A stretch of 64,000 bases of DNA from an uncultured Gemmatimonadales bacterium (GTDB lineage Bacteria; Gemmatimonadota; Gemmatimonadetes; Palauibacterales; Palauibacteraceae). The first letter of the stretch is position 1, and each line of letters starts with the position of its first letter. Shown in pieces: positions 10,257 through 20,820 of the stretch. Made by a program: the position numbers and the translations under genes. The DNA lies in the NCBI GenBank assembly GCA_963783385.1, contig CAWANJ010000009.1, forward strand, positions 320,001 to 384,000, given 5' to 3'. The notes below the pieces were generated by a model. The model was given only the letters and a program-made list of their open reading frames with translations. It did not search any database and was not told where the DNA came from.

Positions 10257-11183
10257 CTAGAACACCGAGAACTTCAAGCCTTTGAGGTAGCGCTCGGGGC
10301 GCTCGCGGATGTCCTTCGTGAGGAGCGCGATCTCCTCCGACGCCGACTGAATGTTCTCCGCCGCCGCCGTGACCTTGTCATACAGGTTGGCGTCGTTCAC
10401 GAGCTTGCCCAGCGAGCCCTGTCCGCCGTCGACCTTCTCGAGGATCGACGCCAGGGAGCGGCTCGACGCGTCCAGGCCCTTGCTCGTCTCGTGCAGCCGT
10501 CCCGTGAGAGAGTCGATCCGGACGAGCGTCTCCTGGAGCTCGGGTCCCGACGTGGCCCCGGCCAGCTGCGAGGAGGTCTTGTCGAGGCTCTCGATCAGCG
10601 ACGCCAGGGTCTGGCGCTCGCTGTCGACCAGCCCCCGGAGGTCGTGCATCGTCCCGGACAGGTCCTCGGCGCTGGAGTGCATGGCGGCGATCACGCTGTC
10701 GGCCAACAGCCGCTGGGTCCGGTCCAGTACCGACTGCGCGTCCTTCCCGAGCGAGCCGGCCATGGTCTGCAGGTCGGGAGCCGGCACGGCCGCGATCGTG
10801 TCGCCCGCCGCCAGGGGTTCCGGGGCCTTGCCGGGCTCCAGGACGAGCGTCTGGGTGCCGAGGAAGCCCGAAGACTGGATCACGGCCTTGCTGTCGCGCG
10901 GAAGGGTCACGGTCTGGCTCACCGAGACGTCCAGGACGACGCCGCCCTTCGCCAGCCCCACGTGGTCCACCGACCCCACGTCCACGCCGTGCAGGTAGAC
11001 GCGGCTTCCGGGCGTCATCTGCTGGGCATTGGGCGTGAACACGGCGAAGGCGAAGCTGCCTCCCCCGATGCCACTCCCGCTGAGCCAGACCACTCCCCAG
11101 ACGAGCGCGATGATGGACACGAGCACGAGGACGCCGACCTGCACCTCGGCGCCGTGCTGCGTCCTCAGGCCGGGGTCTCTCAT
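10257..11183 (-). CDS. mlaD: MCE/MlaD family substrate-binding protein
   Basis: N-terminal TM, GSRVYLHGVDVGSV MCE motif, helical tail with GSLGKLVND..LY. Confidence 0.85.
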   Translation of the reverse strand: MRDPGLRTQHGAEVQVGVLVLVSIIALVWGVVWLSGSGIGGGSFAFAVFTPNAQQMTPGSRVYLHGVDVGSVDHVGLAKGGVVLDVSVSQTVTLPRDSKAVIQSSGFLGTQTLVLEPGKAPEPLAAGDTIAAVPAPDLQTMAGSLGKDAQSVLDRTQRLLADSVIAAMHSSAEDLSGTMHDLRGLVDSERQTLASLIESLDKTSSQLAGATSGPELQETLVRIDSLTGRLHETSKGLDASSRSLASILEKVDGGQGSLGKLVNDANLYDKVTAAAENIQSASEEIALLTKDIRERPERYLKGLKFSVF

Positions 11184-11929
11184 GCCACCATTGTGAGGTC
11201 GGAGCGGCCGGAAAGAAATCTCTGCACGGCTAGATTCTCGCTGTTCTTCATGTCCTCGGGCGTTCCCAGCGCCTGGATCTTGCCCTCCGCCAGCAGGGCG
11301 ATCCTGTCACCGAGGAAGAAGGCCGACTCCACGTCGTGCGTGACCACGACGCTGGTGAGGCCGATCTCCTCTTTGAGGCGCGCGATGAGGTCGTTGACGA
11401 CCGCGGCGTTGACCGGGTCGAGGCCCGTGGTGGGCTCGTCGTAGAGCACGTATTTGCGGCGGCCGACGATCGAGCGCGCGATGGCGACGCGCTTTTGCAT
11501 GCCTCCCGACAGCTCCGCGGGCAGGAGCCCGAGTACCTCGAGCCCCAGGTTGACGTGCGTGAGGCTCTCCCGCACCCGCCGCGCGCACTCCTCGTGCTCC
11601 CGGTCGCAGAGCTCTGCGTCCAGTCCCAGACGGATGTTCTGCGCCACGGTCAGGGAGTCGAACAGGGCCGAGTTCTGGAACACGTAACTGATCTTAGATC
11701 GAATGAGGCCGATCTCGCGGCCCCCGGCCCGGGTCACCGACAGGCCATCCACCAGGATGTCGCCCTCGTCGGGGTCGAACAGGCCGACGATGTGCTTGAT
11801 GAGCACGCTCTTCCCCGTGCCGGACGGACCCATGATGACCAGGGTCTCGCCCTCGCGGACGTCCAGGTCGATCCCGTCCAGCACCTTCTTGCCGTTCAGG
11901 ACCTTTTTGAGATTCCGGATCTCGATCAT
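11180..11929 (-). CDS. mlaF: Mla/Mkl-type ABC ATPase
   Basis: GPSGTGKS, LSGGMQKRVAIAR, YDEPTTGLDP. Confidence 0.88.
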   Translation of the reverse strand: MIEIRNLKKVLNGKKVLDGIDLDVREGETLVIMGPSGTGKSVLIKHIVGLFDPDEGDILVDGLSVTRAGGREIGLIRSKISYVFQNSALFDSLTVAQNIRLGLDAELCDREHEECARRVRESLTHVNLGLEVLGLLPAELSGGMQKRVAIARSIVGRRKYVLYDEPTTGLDPVNAAVVNDLIARLKEEIGLTSVVVTHDVESAFFLGDRIALLAEGKIQALGTPEDMKNSENLAVQRFLSGRSDLTMVA

Positions 11930-11957
11930 GCCGTAGGGTCCTCCGCTGCCCCGAGCC

Positions 11958-12836
11958 TCACGATACGGCCCGGTAGATGGGCGCCAGCAGGACGTCCAGC
12001 ACCATGATGGCCACGATGATGGACACCACGGCGTTCGTGGTGGTCCGCCCGACCCCGGCGGCTCCTCCCTGGGCCTGAATGCCGACGTAGCAACCGATGA
12101 AGCTGACGGCGAAGCCGAACGCCAGGGCCTTGATCAGTGACAGCACGAGTTGGGCCGAATGGTAGATGGCCCGGGCTCCGTAGACGTACTGGTGCGTCGT
12201 CATCGGCAGCAGGGTGATCCCGGTCAGCCAGCCGCTGAAGATCCCGGCCGCGTTGGCCAGGACGACGAGCGGGATCATGACGATGATCCCCGCCAGCACG
12301 CGCGGCACGATCAGCTCGAGCACGGGGTCCCGGTTCAGCGTCCGCAGCGCGTCGATCTGGTCGGTGACGCGCATCGTGCCCAGCTCGGCCCCCATTCCCG
12401 CCCCTACGCGTCCCGCCAGGATGATGGCGGTCAGCACCGGCCCGAGCTCCGTGATCATGCCGGATACCACGCCCTCGCCCACCACCCACATGGGAAGGGT
12501 GGTGAACTGGTATCCCGTCTGCTGGGCGAGGACCGCACCGCTGAGGGCCGCCACCAGGAGCACCAGCCCCAGGCTGTCCACGCCGATCCGCTTGGCCTGG
12601 ACGAAGGTCTCGTGGAGGTAGCGACGCGGCTGGCCCATGGCCCGCACGGTCGCCGCCATGAGGATCGTGCTGCGGCCGGCGTGGCGCGCCACGCCGATGC
12701 CGAGGCGGCCCAGGGCCCGCAGCCAGGCGGGGCCGGGTGCCTCGACGTCGTCTGCGGTCGGCACCCGCTCGTGCCCGTCGCGGAGGGCATCCGCGGCGGG
12801 GCTGCCCGTCGGGCTGCTGTCGCCGTCCTCGTTCAT
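11958..12836 (-). CDS. mlaE: MlaE family ABC permease
   Basis: ELGPVLTAIILAGRVG, ELGTMRVTDQIDAL, GAAGVGRTTT; ATG overlaps upstream TGA. Confidence 0.9.
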   Translation of the reverse strand: MNEDGDSSPTGSPAADALRDGHERVPTADDVEAPGPAWLRALGRLGIGVARHAGRSTILMAATVRAMGQPRRYLHETFVQAKRIGVDSLGLVLLVAALSGAVLAQQTGYQFTTLPMWVVGEGVVSGMITELGPVLTAIILAGRVGAGMGAELGTMRVTDQIDALRTLNRDPVLELIVPRVLAGIIVMIPLVVLANAAGIFSGWLTGITLLPMTTHQYVYGARAIYHSAQLVLSLIKALAFGFAVSFIGCYVGIQAQGGAAGVGRTTTNAVVSIIVAIMVLDVLLAPIYRAVS

Positions 12837-13258
12837 CGTGCCTCCGCCGCGGCGGGGATCCACCCGGCGCGGGCCAGGGAGTCGGCCACGGTCCGGATGC
12901 GGTTCCACACATCCTTGAGGCGGCTGGGATCGTCCCCGAGCCGGGCCGCGTAGGACAGAAGGGCGCTGTCGGCCACTCCCCAGCGGCGCAGGACGAGGGC
13001 GTGAGCCGAATCCCGGCTCAGGTTCGCCGGCCGAGCGTACTCGGCGGGAGCCAGGAGCGAATCAGTCAGCGAGAGTCGGGCCATCACCTGCACGTAGGTG
13101 GACTCCGGGAGGACTCCGGGGGCCGCGGAGGACCGACCGCCGCACGCGACCCCGGCGAGCAGCGCCATCAACGCCACGGTCGCCGCGGGCGTCTCGCGAC
13201 GACGCCGCTCCGGCCCTCGGAGCGGGCGCGCGCGCGAGGCGTCGGTCTCGCTGCTCAT
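12833..13258 (-). CDS. Hypothetical lipoprotein (DUF4296-like helical protein), first gene of mla operon
   Basis: Lipobox-like LAGVAC; TYVQVMARL pattern; ATGA coupling to mlaE. Confidence 0.65.
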   Translation of the reverse strand: MSSETDASRARPLRGPERRRRETPAATVALMALLAGVACGGRSSAAPGVLPESTYVQVMARLSLTDSLLAPAEYARPANLSRDSAHALVLRRWGVADSALLSYAARLGDDPSRLKDVWNRIRTVADSLARAGWIPAAAEAR

Positions 13259-13355
13259 CTCTACGATGCGAATCCAGGTTGGAAGCCGCGACGGGACACC
13301 GCGCACCCACCGCGCGACGCGGCCGGAACCAATGGGCGATGCCGGGACAGGGTGG

Positions 13356-13385
13356 AGGCTACCCGCTCGCCGCGCGGGCTGTCAA
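13356..13385 (-). promoter_or_regulatory. Putative sigma70 promoter for lipoprotein-mla operon
   Basis: Minus strand TTGACA-18nt-TAGCCT. Confidence 0.45.
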
Positions 13386-13570
13386 GCCAGCCGGCGCCGA
13401 CGGGGCGCCTCCCGGCGTCCCTCCGACTGCCGGCCCGGCGGCATCCCGGCGGCGTTCCGGAGACCTGCCGATCTGACATGGAGGCGGGGCCGGCGAGCGG
13501 CAGGCCACGCCTGATCGGCGTGACTCTCCCGTCGAGGTGCCCTTTCGGCCTCTCCCCGGAGGGCCTTCGA

Positions 13571-13586
13571 GGGCACGTGTCTTGCC
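13571..13586 (+). promoter_or_regulatory. Putative sigma54 (-24/-12) promoter of hsp20-clpB
   Basis: GGGCACGTGTCTTGCC matches TGGCACG-N4-TTGC with correct GG-N10-GC spacing. Confidence 0.55.
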
Positions 13587-13677
13587 CCTCCTCGGGTACC
13601 GTGAGCGGCCGGCGGTGGCGGTCCGAGAGGGCCTGCGCCCCGGCCACCCGAAGGTGGGCCAAGCCCCGGAGGCCAGC

Positions 13678-14190
13678 ATGGACGAGGAGCGCACGGAGGC
13701 GCCGGACGTCGAGACCGGCGAGCAGGAAGCGGCCGCCGAAGCGGAAGCGGAGGGCGACGGCCGCAGCCGGAAGTCCCGGAGTGCATGGAGCGAGGCGTTC
13801 TCGGACATGCAGCAGGTGGTCGAGGACGTGATCGAAGGCGTGCGACAGTTTCCGCCGGTCTCGGCGCGAGGCCCCCGGCTGGATCTGGTGCGGACCGGAG
13901 ATCGCGGCTACCGCGTCTACGTCGACCTCCCTGGCGTCGATCGGGGGGCGGTGGACGTCACCACGGTGGCAGACGAGCTGGTCGTGTCGGGCGAGCGGGA
14001 GCAGCCGGCCCTGCCCGAGGGCTCGGAGGTCCTGCGCGCGGAGCGCTCGCACGGGCGCTTCCGTCGGTCCCTCCGTCTGCCCGCGGACGTGGACGTGGAC
14101 GCGATCCGCGCCCGGCTCGTCGAGGGCGTGCTGGAGATCTCCCTGCCACGCAAGGGAACGGTCGAGTCCCGCGCGGTCGAGATCGAGTGA
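13678..14190 (+). CDS. Small heat-shock protein Hsp20/alpha-crystallin family
   Basis: VDLPGV, ERSHGRFRRSLRLP, GVLEISLP, C-terminal VEI (IxI-like); GGAGG RBS. Confidence 0.9.
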   Translation: MDEERTEAPDVETGEQEAAAEAEAEGDGRSRKSRSAWSEAFSDMQQVVEDVIEGVRQFPPVSARGPRLDLVRTGDRGYRVYVDLPGVDRGAVDVTTVADELVVSGEREQPALPEGSEVLRAERSHGRFRRSLRLPADVDVDAIRARLVEGVLEISLPRKGTVESRAVEIE

Positions 14191-14245
14191 TGCCGGGCGT
14201 GGGCCGGGAGTCCATCCAGATCCGAGCACACCGGGGAGCTGAGCA

Positions 14246-16889
<2,644 letters not shown>

Positions 16890-17002
16890 CCCGAGCATCC
16901 CGTCCGCCTACATCCTGCCGGGGGCGGCTCCCGCCGGGTCGCCTCCCCGATCCCCCAGCCCGGATGGGAGCCAGCGTGGAGAGTCGAGCCCGAGCTCGTC
17001 GG

Positions 17003-17455
17003 ATGCTGCGAGCCGGGGCCGTCGCGTGCGGCCTCGCGGTGTGGGCCTCGTGCGCCAGCTCGGGTCGCGTGCTGAGCGCGCCCCGTAGCCAGTACGGCTC
17101 GATGACGCCCGAGCAGACCGTGCATGCCTTCCTGGATGCGGCCCAGTCGAAGGACTACGAGCGCATGGGGCAGCAGTTCGGGACCCACAAGGGGCCGGCC
17201 GAGCTCACGCTGGGCGTGAGGGACGTCGAGCAGCGCATGGTCGTGCTGGCCGCCTTCCTGGAGCACTCGGGCTACGACGTCAAGGCCGCCCATCAGGCGT
17301 TGCTGGAGCCCTACGAACACCGCCTGCTGGTGACCATGACGGGCACCAGCCGCGGGACCGTGACGTTGCCGTTCATCACCGTTTCGACGGAGAACGGCCG
17401 CTGGTTCCTCGAGAAGATCGACCTGAGCTCTCTCACCCGCGAAGGCCAGCCCTGA
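17003..17455 (+). CDS. Hypothetical lipoprotein (NTF2-like fold possible)
   Basis: Signal with WASC lipobox; TPEQTVHAFLDAA...RWFLEKID pattern; TTGACC-17nt-TACATC promoter at 16886-16914. Confidence 0.65.
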   Translation: MLRAGAVACGLAVWASCASSGRVLSAPRSQYGSMTPEQTVHAFLDAAQSKDYERMGQQFGTHKGPAELTLGVRDVEQRMVVLAAFLEHSGYDVKAAHQALLEPYEHRLLVTMTGTSRGTVTLPFITVSTENGRWFLEKIDLSSLTREGQP

Positions 17456-17459
17456 CGGG

Positions 17460-17849
17460 GTCCCCGTACCCGTCCGCCAGCTGGACGGGCGCCCCCCCCG
17501 GCCGGGATGGACCGGAACCGCCCCACGCGCTTCAGGGACCTCACCGGCACGACGTCCTCGAACAGGGGATAGTCGGGAAATCCGCCGCTGGCGGCGAATG
17601 CCCGGCGCCGCGCGCAGATGACCTGGTCTCCCGTGGCGGTGCGCCACCGGCGGGACGTCGTCGCGATGCGATCCCCGGCCGGGAGGGGCCCGCACCACCG
17701 TGGCCATCCGCTCGGCCTCCCGCACGGTCCCGTCCGTGCCGCCTCCGTCCGCCACGATGAGCTCCGCCGCGTCGCCGAACGCAGGGTGTGTCGCCCGGTC
17801 CGTCCCCCTCGTCGAGCGTGGGCCCGGTGATCGAGAGCGACCTCGTCAC
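17460..17849 (-). pseudogene. Decayed GT2 glycosyltransferase (TIGR04283-like) remnant
   Basis: Fragments in successive frames: SLSITGPTLDEG, ELIVADGGGTDGT...APPGRG, TATGDQVICARRRAFAASGGFPDYPLFEDV; middle (LHAD) segment missing. Confidence 0.7.
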
Positions 17850-18268
17850 GGGCTCTCGGCGCGCGGATCCGGCTCGGCCTCGACCATCTCCAGCAGGACG
17901 CCGCCCGTGGACCGTGGGTGCAGGAAGGCTACCCGGCGCCCGCCGGCGCCGACGCGGATCCCGGGGGGCAGGGGCTCGGCGCCGCGGTCGGCGGCCCCGG
18001 CGAGGGCGGCGTCCAGGTCGTCGACGACCAGGCATACGTGGTGGAGGCCGGGCCCGCGGCGCTCGAGGAAACGGGCCACGGGGCTGTCGGCAGCCGTGGG
18101 CTCGAGGAGCTCGACCCGTCCCGCTCCCTCGCCGAAGAAGGCCACACGGACGCCCTCGGACTCGACCACCTCGCGACCGGAGGGTGGCGTGCCTAGCAGC
18201 GCCTCGTAAAGGGGTACGCTATCCGACAGCGCGTTGACCGCGATGCCGACGTGATCGACCTTGCTCAT
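17846..18268 (-). CDS. mce: Methylmalonyl-CoA epimerase (VOC family)
   Basis: DHVGIAV, ELLEP, GPGLHHVC, AFLHPRSTGGVLLE. Confidence 0.9.
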   Translation of the reverse strand: MSKVDHVGIAVNALSDSVPLYEALLGTPPSGREVVESEGVRVAFFGEGAGRVELLEPTAADSPVARFLERRGPGLHHVCLVVDDLDAALAGAADRGAEPLPPGIRVGAGGRRVAFLHPRSTGGVLLEMVEAEPDPRAESP

Positions 18269-18487
18269 GCGCTCCTCTCCCGCTCCGGGCTCGTCGCCGC
18301 GATCGGGCTCCCCCGGATCGGCGAACATTCGGTGGCACCAGCGGTAATGTGAGAGGGTGACACGACCGGCGCACGGGGGAGACGCGGGTGACGGGAGCGC
18401 AGGGCCGCCCGACCGGGGCGGTCCGCCGGTCGCACTATCGGATACGGTCGAGCGGTTTCAACGAATCATCGAAGACGAGGACGAGCG

Positions 18488-18820
18488 ATGAGTGCGGACG
18501 CGGGGCTGATCGAGCTGACGGACGACAACTTCGAGACGGAGATCGAGGGCGCCGCTGGACTGGCTCTGGTGGACTTCTGGGCCGAATGGTGCGGGCCGTG
18601 CCGGATGGTGAGCCCCATCGTCGAGGAGCTGGCCGAGGAGTATGCGGGGCGCATGAAGGTCGGCAAGATGGACGTGGACGAGAACCAGAGGACGACCCAG
18701 CGGTTCCAGATCCGCTCCATTCCGAGCATCCTGTTCTTCAAGGACGGGGCGCACGTGGACACGGTCGTGGGCGCGGTGCCCAAGGCCGCCCTGGAGCGCA
18801 AGATCAAGGAGCACGTCTGA
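18488..18820 (+). CDS. trxA: Thioredoxin
   Basis: DFWAEWCGPC, IRSIP. Confidence 0.96.
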   Translation: MSADAGLIELTDDNFETEIEGAAGLALVDFWAEWCGPCRMVSPIVEELAEEYAGRMKVGKMDVDENQRTTQRFQIRSIPSILFFKDGAHVDTVVGAVPKAALERKIKEHV

Positions 18821-18891
18821 GGGCGCGCCGGCCGCCCCGGACGAAGGGGCGGGACACCGGCCGGGACACCGGGCCGGCGACCCGGGGAGAG

Positions 18892-18926
18892 ACGCCTCCC
18901 GGTCCCTCGGGGACCGGGAGGCGTTC
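18892..18926 (+). terminator. Stem-loop after trxA
   Basis: ACGCCTCCCGGTCCC-TCG-GGGACCGGGAGGCGT 15-bp stem; weak T tail. Confidence 0.55.
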
Positions 18927-18971
18927 TGCTGGAGGGGCCCGGGACCCGGCCTGAAGGCGGAACGAGGAGGT

Positions 18972-19814
18972 ATGGAGAGCGCCCTGTACGTGGTCGGGAC
19001 ACCGATCGGCAACCTGGAGGACCTCGGCCGCCGCGCCGCGACGGTGCTGGCCGGCGTCGATCGCGTGTACGCTGAGGACACGCGGCACACGGGACGGTTG
19101 CTCGCCGCGGCCGGCATCGACGCGGAGCTCCGCTCCCTGCACGAACACAACGAGGCGTCCCGGTGTTCGGAGGTCGTGGACCTCCTCCTCGGCGGACGCA
19201 GCGCCGCCGTCGTGTCGGATGCCGGCACGCCGGTCATCTCGGATCCGGGGAGCCGGGTCGTGCAGGCCGTGCTGGCCGCCGGCCTGCCGGTCCGAACCGT
19301 GCCGGGGCCGTCGGCACCCGCCGCCGCCCTGTCGGTCTCGGGCTTCCCGGCGGATCGCTATCTGTTCCTCGGATTTCCCCCACGCTCCGGCGGGGAGCGG
19401 GAGGAGTGGCTCGCGCGCCTCTCGGAGAGCCCGGTGACCGTGGTGGCGTTCGAGTCGCCCCGACGGGTCGCTGAGCTGGCCGCGGACCTGGTGCGATCCG
19501 GACTCGGCGAGCGCCGGTGCGTGCTGTGCCGCGAGCTCACGAAGCTGCACGAGGAAGTGTCGTCCGGGACGGTCGCCGAGCTGGCCGATCGTCTGGCGGG
19601 CACGGAGGTCCGGGGCGAGGTGACGCTGGTCATCGAGGCGGGAGCCTCCCCCGACTGGAGGGACCGACTCGGCGACATCCGAGAGGAAGCCTGCCGCCGG
19701 ATCGAAGCGGGTGACAGCACTCGGGACGTGGCCACGCACCTGCAGGAGCGCTTCCGGATGCCGCGGAACGAGGCGTACGCGCTGGCCCTGGACGCCGGGA
19801 CCGGCGGGACGTGA
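18972..19814 (+). CDS. rsmI: 16S rRNA C1402 2'-O-methyltransferase
   Basis: LYVVGTPIGNLED, AEDTR, SDAGTPVISDPG, RELTKLHEE. Confidence 0.95.
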   Translation: MESALYVVGTPIGNLEDLGRRAATVLAGVDRVYAEDTRHTGRLLAAAGIDAELRSLHEHNEASRCSEVVDLLLGGRSAAVVSDAGTPVISDPGSRVVQAVLAAGLPVRTVPGPSAPAAALSVSGFPADRYLFLGFPPRSGGEREEWLARLSESPVTVVAFESPRRVAELAADLVRSGLGERRCVLCRELTKLHEEVSSGTVAELADRLAGTEVRGEVTLVIEAGASPDWRDRLGDIREEACRRIEAGDSTRDVATHLQERFRMPRNEAYALALDAGTGGT

Positions 19815-20632
19815 GAGACCCGCATCCGCCGAGGGCCGAGCGCGAGCGCCACGACCGCCGCGTGATGGCCGTCGGCCTGGCCGTCTCCCTGCTGGTCCAC
19901 GTGGTGGCGGTGCTCTTCCTCTCCCGTCAGCTGGCGCTCCCCTCGATGCACTATGCCCCGACCTCGCGCCGGGCTCCGTCCTTCGAGGGGATCCGGGCGC
20001 TCCAGCTCCAGGTGCCCCCGGCCGCCTCGGGGCCGACCGGCCAGCCGGCGCGTCCCGAGAGCCCCGAGGGACCCGAGACCGGCGCCTCGCCCCGAACGTC
20101 CGAGAATCGGGGCGCCGTCCGTGTGGAGAAGGGCGGACGTCTCACCAACGGCGAGAAGCTGCAGCCACGTCCCGGCGACCTGAGGGTGTGGCAGGGCATC
20201 CGGGCGGAGGAGCTCCCGCCGCGCACCCTCGCCGAGCTGGCGCGAGCGGACAGCGCCGTGCGCGCCATCCTCGGAGGCTACCTGGACAGCCTCGCCCTGA
20301 GCGCGGAGGCCAGGAAGCGGGCGAGCGAGTGGCTCATCCACAAGGGCGACAAGAGCTGGGGCATCGCGTCCGACGGGCTCCACCTGGGCAAGATCGTCAT
20401 CCCGATCCCGTTCGGGCAGCTGTTCCAGCCCTACGGCGACAAGGCGAGGGAACTGGAGCAGCAGGTCCGGGACCTGGAGATCATCCGCTTCCAGGACGCG
20501 CTGCAGGAGGCTCGCAAGGTCCAGCAGGAGCGCGAGAAGGCGATGGTGAAACGGGCGCGCGACGAGGCAGGGAAGCCGTCGGCCGACTCCGGCGGCTCGC
20601 CGCGGGACACGACGGGCGGGGGCGGGCGGTGA
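19811..20632 (+). CDS. Hypothetical single-pass membrane protein (TonB-like SLLVH anchor)
   Basis: N-terminal TM with SLLVH, Pro-rich linker, GTGA-coupled to rsmI. Confidence 0.6.
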   Translation: MRDPHPPRAERERHDRRVMAVGLAVSLLVHVVAVLFLSRQLALPSMHYAPTSRRAPSFEGIRALQLQVPPAASGPTGQPARPESPEGPETGASPRTSENRGAVRVEKGGRLTNGEKLQPRPGDLRVWQGIRAEELPPRTLAELARADSAVRAILGGYLDSLALSAEARKRASEWLIHKGDKSWGIASDGLHLGKIVIPIPFGQLFQPYGDKARELEQQVRDLEIIRFQDALQEARKVQQEREKAMVKRARDEAGKPSADSGGSPRDTTGGGGR

Positions 20633-20820
20633 CGACCCCGCCTCCGAGGAGCCGGGGGACCGGGCCCGGCGGCTCCAGCCCGCGCCGCGGCGCGACGTTG
20701 CTCCGCTCGCGGGCCGCCCGTTAGACTCAGCGTTCGCCGCGCGCGGGGCGCCCTCCATGCTCTCGGAGGCCGCTCGCGCCGCGAGAGCCCCGGCAGCGCA
20801 ATCCGAGGAATGAGCCTCCG

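Noticed and set aside
18850-18872. Short direct repeat CGGGACACCGG x2 after trxA
   Set aside because: Only two copies, no spacers or cas genes; expected by chance at this GC content
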